64,000 nucleotides of DNA. It comes from Mobula hypostoma. Lineage: Eukaryota. Positions 12,043 through 25,064 of this stretch are shown one piece after another. The notes below the pieces were generated by a model. It worked only from the letters and a program-made list of their open reading frames with translations, ran no database searches and was not told the DNA's origin. Numbering within the stretch: the first letter of the stretch is position 1; every line of letters begins with the position of its first letter. Both the position numbers and the translations under genes were made by a program. The DNA lies in NCBI RefSeq assembly GCF_963921235.1, contig NC_086101.1, positions 27,962,001 to 28,026,000 of the forward strand, given 5' to 3'.

Positions 12043-12106
12043 ATGGAAGCGTCCTTGAGAGCGTTGTTGATAGTGTTCGTCTTCCAGCGTGGAGAGGCCT
12101 CCGCAT
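12043..12106 (+). CDS. Non-classical MHC class I gene A, exon 1 (signal peptide)
   Basis: MEASLRALLIVFVFQRGEASA, phase-1 donor T|GTGAGT; homologous to gene B leader (both end ASA); in frame with the alpha1 exon. Confidence 0.85.
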
Positions 12107-12747
12107 GTGAGTGATGGTGTGGGGAAGGGTCAGGGTCAGGGTCAGGGTCAGTGGGGGGGGGGGGGTCGAGCCTGGGGAAGGAGTTTCCTTTCACAGACAT
12201 CCCACCCTGCAAAAACTCATTTCAGGGAGGTAGCACTCCGCCGTCCGCAACCCCATATCTGCACCCCCCCCCCCCCCCCCCCGTCGACCTCGACCTTCAA
12301 GGATGTATGTAATACTTTGTTTAGTGATTTTGTCTAATCTGTAAACCAAATTGGGTATGTGTGACATTAAGATATGTACTTATATTATCATGTTTATTCT
12401 ATTACAACTTTAAGCTAGTCTACAGGGAGTTTGGCCTCATCACGTAGGACATCAATAGCGTAGCTCCGTGGCAGCTAGCCAGCTAGTTTAAATCAGGAGT
12501 CCCCAACCTTTTTTGCACCGCGCACCGGTTTAATATTGACAATATTCTTGCGGACCGGCCGACCCGGGGGTGGCGGGCGGGGCAGGTATTAAACGCGACC
12601 GGAATTTAGGTGATAAGTCAACTGTAAGTCACTTGTAAGTGGCTAATACACTCAATTTCGTTCCTAAAGGGGTTTAATCTAACGAATTTAATATTAAACA
12701 CACAGCACATATTTCCTCGCGTGAATGTATTGATAAGTCAATCATAA

Positions 12748-15700
12748 CAGTGGTCCCAAACCTCCGGGCCGTGAAGCATGTAGTGGTAGCCAGAACGCAC
12801 CCAGCACATCTTTAAGAAAAAAGCCGAAATAAACAAGCTAATTGATTAGGTGCCGCACTGCACGTAAATATCGGCCCAGATCAGAGACCGTGAAATCGGC
12901 AATCGCCTCTGATCTGGGCTGACATTTACATTCTGGGCGGCACCTAATTAATTAGCTTAATTAATCAAGATCCTACATCTACGGACTCCAGAGCCTGCCG
13001 GCCCCGACGCTAGCAGGCATGAACTTTCAATTGCGGCTCCTGCCATTGATCTCGGCGGCTCCAACACCTCAGGACATATTCAAAACCCGGACTCCAGCAA
13101 CGACCAGGGACACATTCGAAGTGATTGCGCAACCACCAACTGCGACTCCAGCCTTGATCTCCAGGCCGGGTCTTTATGTGCTGCTGTTGTGACTCCCGTC
13201 TCCCATTACCCCACCACCACTCCGCAGCCCCGTCTTCCTCAGATCCCACCGTCAGCTCCTGGGCCCTCAGAGGCTCCATCTTCCTCTCACCCCAACCCTC
13301 CCCTCTCCATTGACACACCCAGCCTCCCCCCCTCCCCCCTCTGATCCCAGCTCTCATCCGTGCCGGGTCTTTACCATCCCCTCCGACCTTCAACTGTCGG
13401 AGGCAGAACGCTCTGTTCTCAGTAAGGGCCTCACGTTTGTCCCCCTTCGCCCACACCTCAGCGAGTTCCGTGTTCGCCATGATGCGGAACTTTTCTTCCG
13501 CCGTCTCCGTCTCCGAGCCTACTTCTTCGGCAAGGACTCTTCCACCCCCACCGATGACCCCTTCTCCCGTTTTCATCCCTCCTCTTCTTCATGGACACCC
13601 CGCTCTGGTCTTCTGCCTGCTCTGGATCTCTTTATTGCCAACTGCCGACGGGACATCAACTGTCTCGACTTCACCGCACCTTGTCCCCATTCCAACCTCA
13701 CTCCTTCGGAACGCTCTGCTCTCCACTCCCTCCGCACTAATCCTAACCTTATTATTAAACCCGCTGATAAGGGGGGTGCTGTTGTAGTCTGGCATACTGA
13801 CCTCTACCTTGCCGAGGCACAGCGACAACTCGCGGATACCTCCTCTTATTTACCCCTCGATCGTGACCCCACTAAGGAGCACCAGGCCATTGTCTCCCAC
13901 ACTATCACCGACTTTATCCGCTCAGGGGATCTCCCATCCACTGCTACCAACCTTATAGTTCCCACACCCCGCACTTCCCGTTTCTACCTCCTACCCAAGA
14001 TCCACAAACCTGCCTGTCCTGGCCGACCTATTGTCTCAGCTTGCTCCTGCCCCACCGAACTCGTTTCTGCATACCTCGACACTGTTTTATCACCCCTTGT
14101 TCAATCCCTTCCGACCTATGTTCGTGATACTTCTCACGCTCTTAAACTTTTCGATGATTTTAAGTTCCCTGGCCCCCACCGCTTTATTTTCACCATGGAT
14201 GTCCAGTCCTTATATACTTCCATCCCCCATCAGGAAGGTCTCAAAGCTCTACGCTTCTTTTTGGATTCCAGACCTAATCAGTTCCCCTCTACCACCACTC
14301 TGCTCCGTCTAGCGGAATTAGTCCTTACTCTTAATAATTTCTCCTTTTGCTCCTCCCATTTCCTCCAAATTAAAGGTGTAGCTATGGGCACCCGTATGGG
14401 TCCTCGCTATGCCTGTCTTTTTGTTGGGTTTGTGGAACAATCTATGTTCCGTGCCTATTCTGGTATCTGTCCCCCACTTTTCCTTCGCTACATCGACGAC
14501 TGCATTGGCGCTGCTTCCTGCACGCATGCAGAACTCGTTGACTTTATTAACTTTGCCTCCAACTTTCACCCTGCCCTCAAGTTTACCTGGTCCATTTCCG
14601 ACACCTCCCTCCCCTTTCTAGATCTTTCTGTCTCTGTCTCTGGAGACAGCTTATCCACTGATGTCTACTATAAGCCTACTGACTCTCACAGCTATCTGGA
14701 CTATTCCTCTTCTCACCCTGTCTCTTGCAAAAACGCCATCCCCTTCTCGCAATTCCTCCGTCTCCGCCGCATTTGCTCTCAGGATGAGGCTTTTCATTCT
14801 AGGACCAGGGAGATGTCTTCATTTTTTAAAGAAAGGGGCTTCCCTTCCTCCACCATCAACTCTGCTCTTAAACGCATCTCCCCCATTTCACGTACATCTG
14901 CTCTCACTCCATCCTCCCACCACCCCACTAGGAATAGGGTTCCCCGGTCCTCACCTACCACCCCACCAGCCTCCGGGTCCAACATATTATTCTCCGTAAC
15001 TTCCGCCACCTCCAACGGGATCCCACCACTAAGCACATCTTTCCCTCCCCCCCTCTCTCTGCATTCTGCAGGGATCGCTCCCTACACAACTCCCTTGTCC
15101 ATTCGTCCCCCCCCATCCCTCCCCACTGATCTCCCTCCTGGCACTTATCCGTGTAAGCGGAACAAGTGCTACACATGCCCTTACACTTCCTCCCTTACCA
15201 CCATTCAGGGCCCCAAACAGTCCTTCCAGGTGAGGCATCACTTCACCTGTGAGTCGACTGGGGTGATATACTGTGTCCGGTGCTCCTGATGTGGCCTTTT
15301 ATATATTGGTGAGACCCGACGCAGACTGGGAGACCGCTTTGCTGAACATCTACGCTCTGTCCGCCAGAGAAAGCAGGATCTCCCAGTGGCCACACATTTT
15401 AATTCCACATCCCATTCCCATTCTGACATGTCTATCCACGGCCTCCTCTACTGTAAAGATGAAGCCACACTCAGGTTGGAGGAACAACACCTTATATTCC
15501 GTCTGGGTAGCCTCCAACCTGATGGCATGAACATCGACTTCTCTAACTTCCGCTAAGGCCCCACCTCCCCCTCGTATCCCATCTGTTACCCATTTTTATG
15601 CACATATTCTTTCTCTCACTCCTTATTCTCCCTCTGTCCCTCTGAATATACCTCTTGCCCATCCTCTGGGTCACCCCCCCCCTTGTCTTTCTTCCCGGAC

Positions 15701-16087
15701 CTCCTGTCCCATGATCCTCTCGTATCCCCTTTTGCCTATCACCTGTCCAGCTCTCGGCTCCATCCCTCCCACTCCTGTCTTCTCCTATCATTTTGCATCT
15801 CCCCCTCCCCCTCCAGCTTTCAAATCCCTTACTCACTCTTCCTTCAGTTAGTCCTGACGAAGGGTCTCGGCCTGAAACGTCGACTGCGCCTCTTCCTCTA
15901 GATGCTGCTTGGCCTGCTGCGTTCACCAGCAACTTTGATGTGTGTTGCTTGAATTTCCAGCATCTGCAGAATTCCTGTTGTTTGCATAATTAATTAGCTT
16001 GTTTACTTCGATTTTTTTCTTAAAGGTGTGCTGGGTGCGTTCCGGCCACCGCTGTATTCTTCATGGCCTGGAGGGTGGGGACCACTA
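12748..16087. mobile_element. Palindromic MITE-like element (about 300 bp when rejoined), interrupted by Penelope
   Basis: CAGTGGTCCC...GGGGACCACTA ends; arms are mutually reverse-complementary; same core at about 29742-30080. Confidence 0.65.
12959..15986 (+). mobile_element. Penelope-like retroelement, near full length (RT + GIY-YIG)
   Basis: ORF 13310-15289 with ADKGGAVV, GVAMGT, RYIDD; GIY-YIG (LYIGET...RLGDRFAEHL) continues after a TGA at 15287-15289; 14-bp flanking duplication TAATTAATTAGCTT (12945-12958, 15987-16000). Confidence 0.93.
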
Positions 16088-16949
16088 ATAAGTCACTTAT
16101 AAATCAATAGTATCATAACATTTTAAGTAACGTTTGGAGATTAAACACACCGCATATTTTCCTCATATGAACATATAAAATCATTCCCACACACCAATAT
16201 CGCTGAATCAGTGGGAGCCCTGAGCTTGTTTTCCTGCAACAAGATGATGCCATCGAGGGGTGAGGGGAGACAGTGATACTCGAAGGGCGTTCCTTATCTC
16301 CAGTCTATTCCGCAATTTAGTTTTCGTTGCATTCATTGCAGAAAACTCTGCTTCGCAGAAATATGTTGGAAATGGAAGCAACAATTTCAGTGCTTTCGTG
16401 GCTTTCTCAGGATATTCAGCCTTGGCTTTGATCCGGAATGCCGGCAGAGATGTTATGTCAAACATACTTTTCAGCCCACCGTCATTTGCAAGCTCGAGGA
16501 GTTGATCTTTTTCCCGCGCTGATGTGGATGATTCACTGGGGACATTCACAGACGGGTCACGGACCTATTTCTTTGCACGTCTTGGGTCACTGATGACCTC
16601 GCGTGCGTTAAAATTCAACAGTGCGTGACAGGGAATGAGGAAAGGTGCAGCTGACTCATATCGTTTCATATCACCAAATCATATCGTTTCCTCGCGGTCC
16701 AGTGGTTGGGGATCACTCTTAGCACAAAGAGAGACCAATCAGGATGCTCGCTCTCGCTCTCAAAAAAATCTATTTCTGGGATATTGTATATAATTTCCGG
16801 GTGTCAGGGAGCCACTATCGATATGCGCGAAACTCCTGGAACTTCTGGGAGAGGTGGGATGTCTGCTTTCAGACAAGTGTAAAGTGAGTGACGGGGCTGG
16901 GAGAGAGGCGAGATACAGCTGGAGACTGGAGCGGGAGAAAAGATGAGGC

Positions 16950-17241
16950 NNNNNNNNNNNNNNNNNNNNNNNNNNNNNNNNNNNNNNNNNNNNNNNNNNN
17001 NNNNNNNNNNNNNNNNNNNNNNNNNNNNNNNNNNNNNNNNNNNNNNNNNNNNNNNNNNNNNNNNNNNNNNNNNNNNNNNNNNNNNNNNNNNNNNNNNNNN
17101 NNNNNNNNNNNNNNNNNNNNNNNNNNNNNNNNNNNNNNNNNNNNNNNNNNNNNNNNNNNNNNNNNNNNNNNNNNNNNNNNNNNNNNNNNNNNNNNNNNNN
17201 NNNNNNNNNNNNNNNNNNNNNNNNNNNNNNNNNNNNNNNNN
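16950..17241. other. Assembly gap (run of N) within intron 1 of gene A
   Basis: 292 consecutive N. Confidence 0.99.
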
Positions 17242-18220
17242 GAGAGAGTGTGAGTATGTGTGTGTGTGTGTGTGTTTCACCATGGACCGGCTCTATCCTC
17301 AGTGAAGTCCGGTATTGGACGAGGGTGTGTAGTGTCATTTCCCTGAGGACCCACTTTTCTCTGATGTTGCATCTCGTTCCAACGAACTGACCACCAGAGC
17401 TGATCTCCCCAAGGGCTCACAGGGAGACCCTGGAAAATGGATTACTTCCCTTGTGCCAGAAAATAGCACTTGGTGACGGCAAACGTGGAGAATGGTACCT
17501 CGCCCTCTGTGAGCAGAACAAGAGTTGGTCAATCAGGAAAAGGGAAGGGTGGGTGAAGATCAAGGCTACAGACGTGGCATAAAACTTGTGGTTGACTGGA
17601 CAACAGTGACCCCTGCCCTCGTGTGTGCTTCTGAAACGTGGGGCTACTCATCTCCTGGCGCTGGAAAACACCACCAACACCATCACCACAGAATCCCCTG
17701 AACCCACAGGAAGGGTCAGGGAACTGGCATTAGCGACCCATCCCAGACATGCATCCTCATCCCACGACCCTGGTCACACTGAGTCCGCTCTGATGAGGCA
17801 AGTCACCTCATTCACAAGTCCTACCCCAGACCCCGTCCCAAGCTCTGTCCAGGAGATCAGATCTCCGAGTGGGCAGAGGAAAAGGTTCAAGGGTAAGCTC
17901 CAAGACTCAGTGAGGAGATGCAACATTCCCTACTGACTCTTGGGAATGTCTGATCTGCCTCTGCTCAATGTGAGGAAAGAAAACTAGGGATGGGATTGGG
18001 AGCCTTAAGTGTGTGTCTTTGGTGCATACTGAGGTCAGGGGGAAGGTACACAGCACCAGACAGACTACCCACCCCGCCATTCACACCCTGCCCCATCTGT
18101 TGAAGAGACGGGGTGCTGTACCCCCATCTCTTCACCTGTCACAGACTGTGACTTGGTGTCTGCATCTTGACACGTTATCTCATTCAGTGAACTGATTGCA
18201 TTTCATCCCCTCTTTTTCAG

Positions 18221-18478
18221 CCTCTCATCTCCTCCAATTTTTTGTGACCTCCTCATTTGAGATTCCCGACTTCCCGCAGTTTCTGTCTGTCGGCTATGTG
18301 GACGGCGTCAAGTTCATGACCTACAACAGTGATCGGCCGTTGGTTCTCCAGGACCAGTGGATGAGTAAGAGTGAGGGGGTCAAGTGGTGGAGGAGGAAGC
18401 TGGAATTTGTCAAGAGTCGGCAGATTACACTGAAACAATTTGCTTCATTCATAATGTCTCAAACCAATCATTCACGTG
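18221..18478 (+). CDS. Gene A exon 2 (MHC class I alpha1 domain)
   Basis: TTTTTCAG acceptor, G|GTGAGT donor, 258 bp phase 1-1; SHLLQFFVT...FPQFLSVGYVDGVKFMTYNSD...QWM...QTNHSR. Confidence 0.92.
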
Positions 18479-19039
18479 GTGAGTCCCCCATCTCCAATGT
18501 TTATTCCCATTTTACCAATTGAAGCCATCCTGAGGCTGAATCTGTGCTTTTTGGGCTGCAGTCAGAGCGCGAGGTCATTTGTTGGTGATACAGTATGAGG
18601 TTTAAAAGGAGCTTGGGAGAATTTGGTTTTCTTTTGCAGGCTTCAATCAGCGCAAGAAGTCTTCAATGATAATGCAGCACAAGGTTTAAGAAGAGTTCAG
18701 GTGCTTTTGGCTTTTGTTTTGGGCAGGCTACGATCAGTGCAAGGCCAATAAATAGAAAGGTGTAAGCAGAGTGGACCTTGTTGGAGCGGGGCAGTGTTGG
18801 AGTGATCCAGCTTTGGCTTAACAGACAGCGGTGAGAACAGATTTGGACAAGCACAGATGCAGGCTCTAAGTAATTTCTGATCAGTGTTTTTTTCCCTTCT
18901 GATGATACATATCTAGTGCACTGAGAATGGAGCTGAGGTAGTGGAATGTTCTTTATTTGAGATGTGGGAACTCTGAGAGACTACCAGTCACCCTGATAAC
19001 TACAACTACACAAAATGCATTGAGCCACTTCTCCTTAGA

Positions 19040-22000
19040 GACCATGTTAAGAAACTGGGGATGCAGATAGATGAACTGCACCTTATACAGACGTGATAGA
19101 TAGGAGCTCCAGAGAGGTAGTCACCCCTAAGTTGCAGGAGACCGGTACCTGGGTGACTGTCAGGAGAGGGAGAGAGAATAGGCAGCCAGTGCTATTCCCC
19201 TCTCTAATAAGTGTACTGCTTTGGATGGCGCCCCAGGGACAGCTGCAGTGACCAGGTCTCTGGCACTGAGTATGACTGTAGCTTAGAGAGGAAGGTGGGA
19301 GAAGAGGAATGTAGTAGTAATAGGACATTCCTTAATTAGAGGAGCAGAAAGCAGATTTCGTGGATCTGAAAGAGACACCTGGACGGCATATTGCCTCCTA
19401 GATGCCGTGATCAGAGATGTCTCAGATAGGGTCCATTGTATTCTGAAGGGGAAATTGAACAGCTGGAAGTCATGATACCTATTGGTACCAACAACTTAAG
19501 TGGGAAAAGGGAGGAAGTCCTGAAGAGAGAATATAGGGAGGTAGGTGGAAAGCTGAAAAGCTGGACCTCCGGGGTGGCAAACTTGATTGCTGCTTATGTC
19601 ACATGTAAGCAGAGGGAAGAACATGATGATGTAGTAGATGAATGTGTGGCTGAGGAATTAGTGCAGGGGCTAGAGTTTCAGATTTTTGGATCATTGGGCT
19701 CTCTTCTGGGGAAGGTATGACTTGTACAAAAAGGACAAGTTACACTGGAACCCAAGGGGGACCAATAGTCTTGTGGGCAGTGTTACGTACCCCGTAACTG
19801 GGTTGCCAAACCAGCAGAAATGGATCACTCAGTTGGAGTCTGGAGTACTAGAACTAAGAAAGTTTTATTAAAGAAACAAGCAACACAGTAATCGAAAGGA
19901 TAATAAATGCAACAGTTCAGCGATGATAAACACACATGTGCACAGAATTAAGATAACAGCATCAATCAAGCTCTATCGTTGTCTAGGGGTAAATGACCAA
20001 ACTTCAAAGTGACTCAAAGTTCAGTCCAGTTTAGTAGTTCAGTTCGCAGTAATCGTTGCCATGGCGACAGACAACGTTGGGGGAGAGAGAGAGAGAACAG
20101 GAACAACTGATCATTCAGACACGGCTTCACTCACAGACCGGCGATATTGCTCACAAGCAGCTTTTGGGCAGATCCTTGGTGATGTCACCTGAGGTCACCG
20201 ACTGTGACCCCTCCTCCAGATGCGGTCGATCCTCTGCAGTGAACCCAGCACCCAGGCAAGGGCGGACACACACCGGGTTCCCGCTGATCGTACCTTTCCA
20301 CCCTGGCCGTTGTCTGGTACTTCCCACCGACTCGTGAGAGGCATACCGCTTCCAGGGTCTCGTTACCTCGGGTGGCGTGTGTGTCCTGCCTTAGTGAACC
20401 GGTCCCTTTTTATCCCCCTGCTGGGGTATCGCCTGTCCATCACTTCAAACAGTTCAAGGTTCAAAGGGGGGGAGCCGCTCCAGACAGCTCTCTACACATC
20501 TCCAGGTGCTGTTTCATTGTGTCCCTTATCTCTCTCTTGAAGACAGGTGGCAGACCAACTGCTGATCACACTGGACAGCTAACACCTTATCTATGTGTAT
20601 TCATCACAGCAGGTTTGCTAGAGTTGTTGGGGAGGATCTAAACTGATTAGGCAGGAGGGTGGGAGCTGGACTGATAGGGCTGAGGATGGGGAATCGGTAT
20701 ACAACTGGATGCAGTGAGACCGTGAAAAAGGACAGGCAAATGATGGGGCAAAATCACAGTCAGTGGAATGGGTTAAAGTTTAACAAGGGCCAAAATCAAG
20801 AAGATTGAGGAACACAGGACTGAAGGTGTTATATTTGAATGCATGCAGTATACGGAATAAGGTAGCTGATCTTGAAGTGCAGTTAGAGATTGGCAGGTAT
20901 GATGTTGTGAGCATCACTCAGTATTGGCTAAAAGAGGATCATAGTTGGGAGCTTAACGTCCAAGGATATACGTTGTATTGAAAGGACAGCCAGATAGGCA
21001 GAAGGGCTGGGGTGGTTCTGTGGGTAAAAAATGAAATCAAATCCTGAGACAGAGGTGACATAGGATTGGAAGGTATAGAATCCTTGTAGGTGGAGTTAAG
21101 AAATTGCAAGTATAAAAGGACCCTGGTGGAAGTTATATGTAAGCCTCTGAACAGTAGCCAGGATGAGGGTCACAAGTTACAATGAGAGATAGAAATGGCA
21201 TGCAAAAAGGACAATGTAATGATAGTAATGAGGGATTTCAATATGTTGGTAGATTGTGCTGGATTTCAAGAGAGGGGATTTGTAGAATGCATATGAGATT
21301 GATTTTTAGCGCAGCTTGTAATTGACCTCAATAGGGAATGGCAATTCTGGATTGTGCGTTACATTATGGCCTAGATTTGATTAGGGAGCTTAACGTAAAG
21401 GAACACTTAGGAGAGAGTGATCACAATATGATAGAATTTACCCTGCAGTTTGAGAAGGAGCTAAGGTACGACGTGTCAGTATTACAGTGTAGGACAGGCA
21501 ATTACAGAGGCATGAGAGAGGAGCTGGCCAAAATTGATCGTAACGGGTCACTAGCAGAGATAACAGCTGAACAGCAATGGCTGGAGTTACTGGGGGAAAT
21601 TCAGAAGATGCAGGAAAGATACATCCTACAGACAAAGAAGTATTCTAAAGAGAGGATGAAGTAACTGTGGCTGACAGGAAATCAAATTCAGCATAAAAAC
21701 TAAAGTGGGTGCATATAATATATGTAGCAAAAATTATGGGGAAGATAGAGGATTTGGGAGCTTTCAAAAGCCAACCGAAGGCAACTAAAAAGGCCATAAA
21801 GAGAGAAAAGATGAATTATGAAGATAAGGTAGCCAATAATATAAAAGAGGATGCAACATGTTTTTTTAGATGTATAAAGGGTAAAAGGAGAGAGAAGAGT
21901 AGATATCAGACTACTGGAAAATGACACTGGAAATAGTGGACGAACTTAGTATGTATTTTGCATCAGTCTTCACTGTGGAAGACACTAGCAGATTGCCAGA

Positions 22001-23533
22001 AATGAGAGAGTGTCAGGAGGCAGAAGTGAGTGTCATTGCTATTACTAAGTGTAGGGTGCTGAAAAGTCTGAAGGAAGATAAGTCACCTGGACCAAATGGA
22101 CTACACCCCAGGGTTCTAAAAGAGTTACTTGAGATTATGAAGGCATTAGTAATGATCATTCAAAAATCAATCGATTCTGGAATGATTCCTGAGGACTAGA
22201 AAATTACAAATGTCACTCCATTCTTTTGGAAGGAGGGAAACAGAAGAAAGGAAATTATCTGCCAGACTGACTTCAGTGGTTGGAAAGATGTTGGAGGCTA
22301 TTATTAAGGATGGTGTTTCAGGGTACTTGGACATACGTGATAAAATAGACCAAAGTTGGCATGGTTTCCTCAAGAGGAAATCTTACCTGACAAATCTGTT
22401 GGAATTCTTTGAGGAAATACCAAGCAGTATAGACAAAGGAAAGTCAGTAGATTGTGTTTTCTTGGACTTTCAAAGGCCTTTGACAAGGTGCCACACATGA
22501 GACTGCTTAACATGATAAGAGCCCATGGTATTACAGGAAAGATACTAGCATGGATAGAACACTGACTGCCTGGCAGGAGTCAAAGAGCAGAAATAAAGGG
22601 GGCCTTTTCTGGTTGGCAGCCGATGACAAGTGGTGTAATGCAGGGGTTGGTCCTAGGACTTTTTTATGTTATATGTCAATGATTTGGATGAAGAAATTGA
22701 TGGCTTTGTGGATAGCTAGATGGGTGGATAGGGTTAAAGAAGCACAGTGTCTGCTGAAGCTCTGAAGCAGATTGGGAGAATGGGCAAAGGAGTGGTATAT
22801 GAAATATAGTATAGGGAAGTGCATGGTCATGCTCTTTACAAGAAGGAGAAAGTGTGTGGACTGTTTTCTAAATGGGAGAAGATTTAAAAATCAGAAGTCC
22901 AAATTGACTTGGGAGACATCGTGCAGGGTTCCTTAAAGGTTAATTTGCAGAATGGGTCTGTGGTGAGGAGGGCAAGTGTAATATTAGCATTCATTTTGAG
23001 AGGATGAGTATACAAAAGCAAGGATGTAATGTCGTGGCTTTATGAGGCATTGATCAGACTACGCTTGAAGTATTGGAGATGGTGAGAGGAGGTTCATGAG
23101 AACAATCCCAGGAATGAAAGGGTTAATTCATTAGAAGCATTTGATGGTTCTGGGCCTGTAATTTAGAAGAATGAGTGGGGATCTCATTGAAACAAATAAA
23201 ATATAAAAAGACCTGGATAAAGTGGATGTGGAGAGGATGTTTCCTATTGTGGGAGAGTCAAGGGCCAGAGGGCACAGTCTCAAAAGTGAGGGATGAGGAA
23301 AAATTTCTTTAGCCACAGGAATCTATGGAATTCATTGCCACAGCCAGCTGTGTAGGCCAAGCCACTGGGTATATTCAAGGCAGAGGCAGAAAGTTCTTGA
23401 TTAATCAGGGTGCCAAAGATTACCAGAAGAAGACAGGAGAACTGGGTTGAGAGAGATAATAAATCAGCCATAATGGAATGGTGGCAGATGCAATGGGCCG
23501 AATGGCCTAATTCTGCTCCTATATGTTATGGTC
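19040..23533 (+). mobile_element. CR1 LINE, long and degenerate (ORF1 esterase region, EN, RT), interrupted by a solo LTR; ends approximate
   Basis: VMIPIGTNN, HLGESDHNMIEF, KSPGPNGLHPRVLKE, LTSVVGKMLE, SYLTNLLEFFEE motifs with many stops and frameshifts. Confidence 0.85.
19781..20608 (-). mobile_element. Solo LTR of the same family as 105-964
   Basis: TGTTACGTACCCC start, high identity to LTR 105-964, ends ...CATCACA; 4-bp TSD GCAG (19777-19780, 20609-20612). Confidence 0.92.
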
Positions 23534-24050
23534 TTATTAGGTACACACTGTATGCCTGCTCTTTAATGCAAGTACCTAATTAGTCAATCATGTGGCAGCA
23601 CCTCGATGCATAAAAGCATGCAGACATGGTCAACAGGTTCAGTTGTTTTTCAGACCAAACACCAGAATGGGGAAGAAATGTGATCTGAGCGACTTTGACC
23701 ATGAAAATGATTGTTGGTGCCAGATGGGGTGGTCTGACTATCTCAGAAACTGCTGATCTCCTGGGGTTTTCATGTGCAACAGTCTCCAGAAGTTACAGAG
23801 AATGGTGCGAAAAACAAAAAGCATCCAGTGAGCAGCTGTTCTGTGGGTGAAAATGCCGTGTTAATGAGAGAGGTCAGAGGAGAATGGCCGGACTGGTTCA
23901 AGTTGACAGGGAGGTAACAGTTGCTCAAATAATCAACGTTTCAACAGTGGTGCGCAAAAGAGCATCTCTGAACGCGCAGCACGTAGACCCTTGAAGCGGG
24001 TTGGCCTGTGGGGCGGCAGCAGAGCAACACACCAGGTTCCACTGAGTGTA
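23534..24050 (+). mobile_element. Tc1-like deletion derivative
   Basis: TTATTAGGTACAC start, transposase N-terminal remnant, CCACTGAGTGTA end; second copy at 52480-53004. Confidence 0.7.
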
Positions 24051-25064
24051 GGTGATCCCAGGTTTCCCAGTCATTTCAGTGGGTAGGTGGGTAGAGGACA
24101 GAACAAAGCAGTACAGGAACAGGCCCTTTAACCCGATATATTGGTGCCGTACACAACGTTGAACTAAGTTAAAACACTTTTGCCTCTTTATAAGAGACTA
24201 TAAAATATATAGGAACAGAATTTGGCCATTTCACTCCTCAAATCTGCTCTGCTATTCAGTTCTGACCAACGTTTTTCAGCTCCATTTGCCTGCTTTCTCA
24301 ATGTAATGCTTAACTCCTCACCTATCCACTTACCAAACTCTGCCTTAAATACACCCAGTGGCTTGGCCTCCGCAGTCCTCTGAGACAATTGATTACTCTT
24401 ATTCTGCCCCTCATATTATCTTTCCACTTTCCCCTTTTTACCTTGCTTGCATAATTTTAGAACCTCTTGCAGTTCTCCCCACAGCTTCCGATGCTCCAAA
24501 GAGAACAATCCCAAGTTCGTTGAATTTCCGCTTAACGGCAAATATCCTCTTTCCGGGAAGCATCCTGGTGATCATCTTCTGCGCCTTCTCCAAAGCCTCC
24601 ACATCTTTCCTATAATGGGGCAATCAGAATTGTACACAATACTGCAAGTGCAGCCTAATCTTTCTTCATAACTCCTTTAGTCTTAAACTCAATACCCTGA
24701 ACAATGAAGGAAAGCCATCTTTTCCAGACTATACTGAGAAATTTCTTTCTGTAAGCTTAAACTCCAAAATCCTCCTGCCATTAAGGTGCAAGATACATGT
24801 ATTCGAAAAACAAAGAAACACTCAAATGGCAAAATAGTACAACTGTGACTGACAAGGGAAGTCAAAACTAATGTAAAAGCAAAAGAGAGGGCATACAACA
24901 AAGCAAAATTTAGTCAGAAGCCAGAGGATGTCGTTTAAAGTTAAATTAGATAGATATATGGATAGGAAAGGAATGGAGGGTTATGGGCTGAGTGCAGGTC
25001 AGTGGGAATAGGATAGGGTAAGAGTTCGGCACAGACAGAAAGGGACGAGATGGCCTGTTTCCGT

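Larger units (their letters stand above)
12494..16718 (-). mobile_element. hAT-Charlie (MER1/Charlie3-like) element with transposase C-terminal remnant at 16208-16549
   Basis: Ends CAGGAGTCCCCAACC ... GGTTGGGGATCACTC; EYPEKATKALKLLLPFPTYFCEAEFSAM...VSLSPLTPRWHHLVAGKQAQGSH hAT dimerisation region; no TSD found. Confidence 0.8.
12194..16865. mobile_element. DNA transposon (outer shell of nested stack), 13-bp TIR, 6-bp flanking duplication
   Basis: CAGACATCCCACC ... GGTGGGATGTCTG perfect TIR; CTTTCA on both sides (12188-12193, 16866-16871). Confidence 0.75.

Noticed and set aside
16760-17338. Long ORFs spanning 16.8-17.3 kb
   Set aside because: Artefacts of the N gap.
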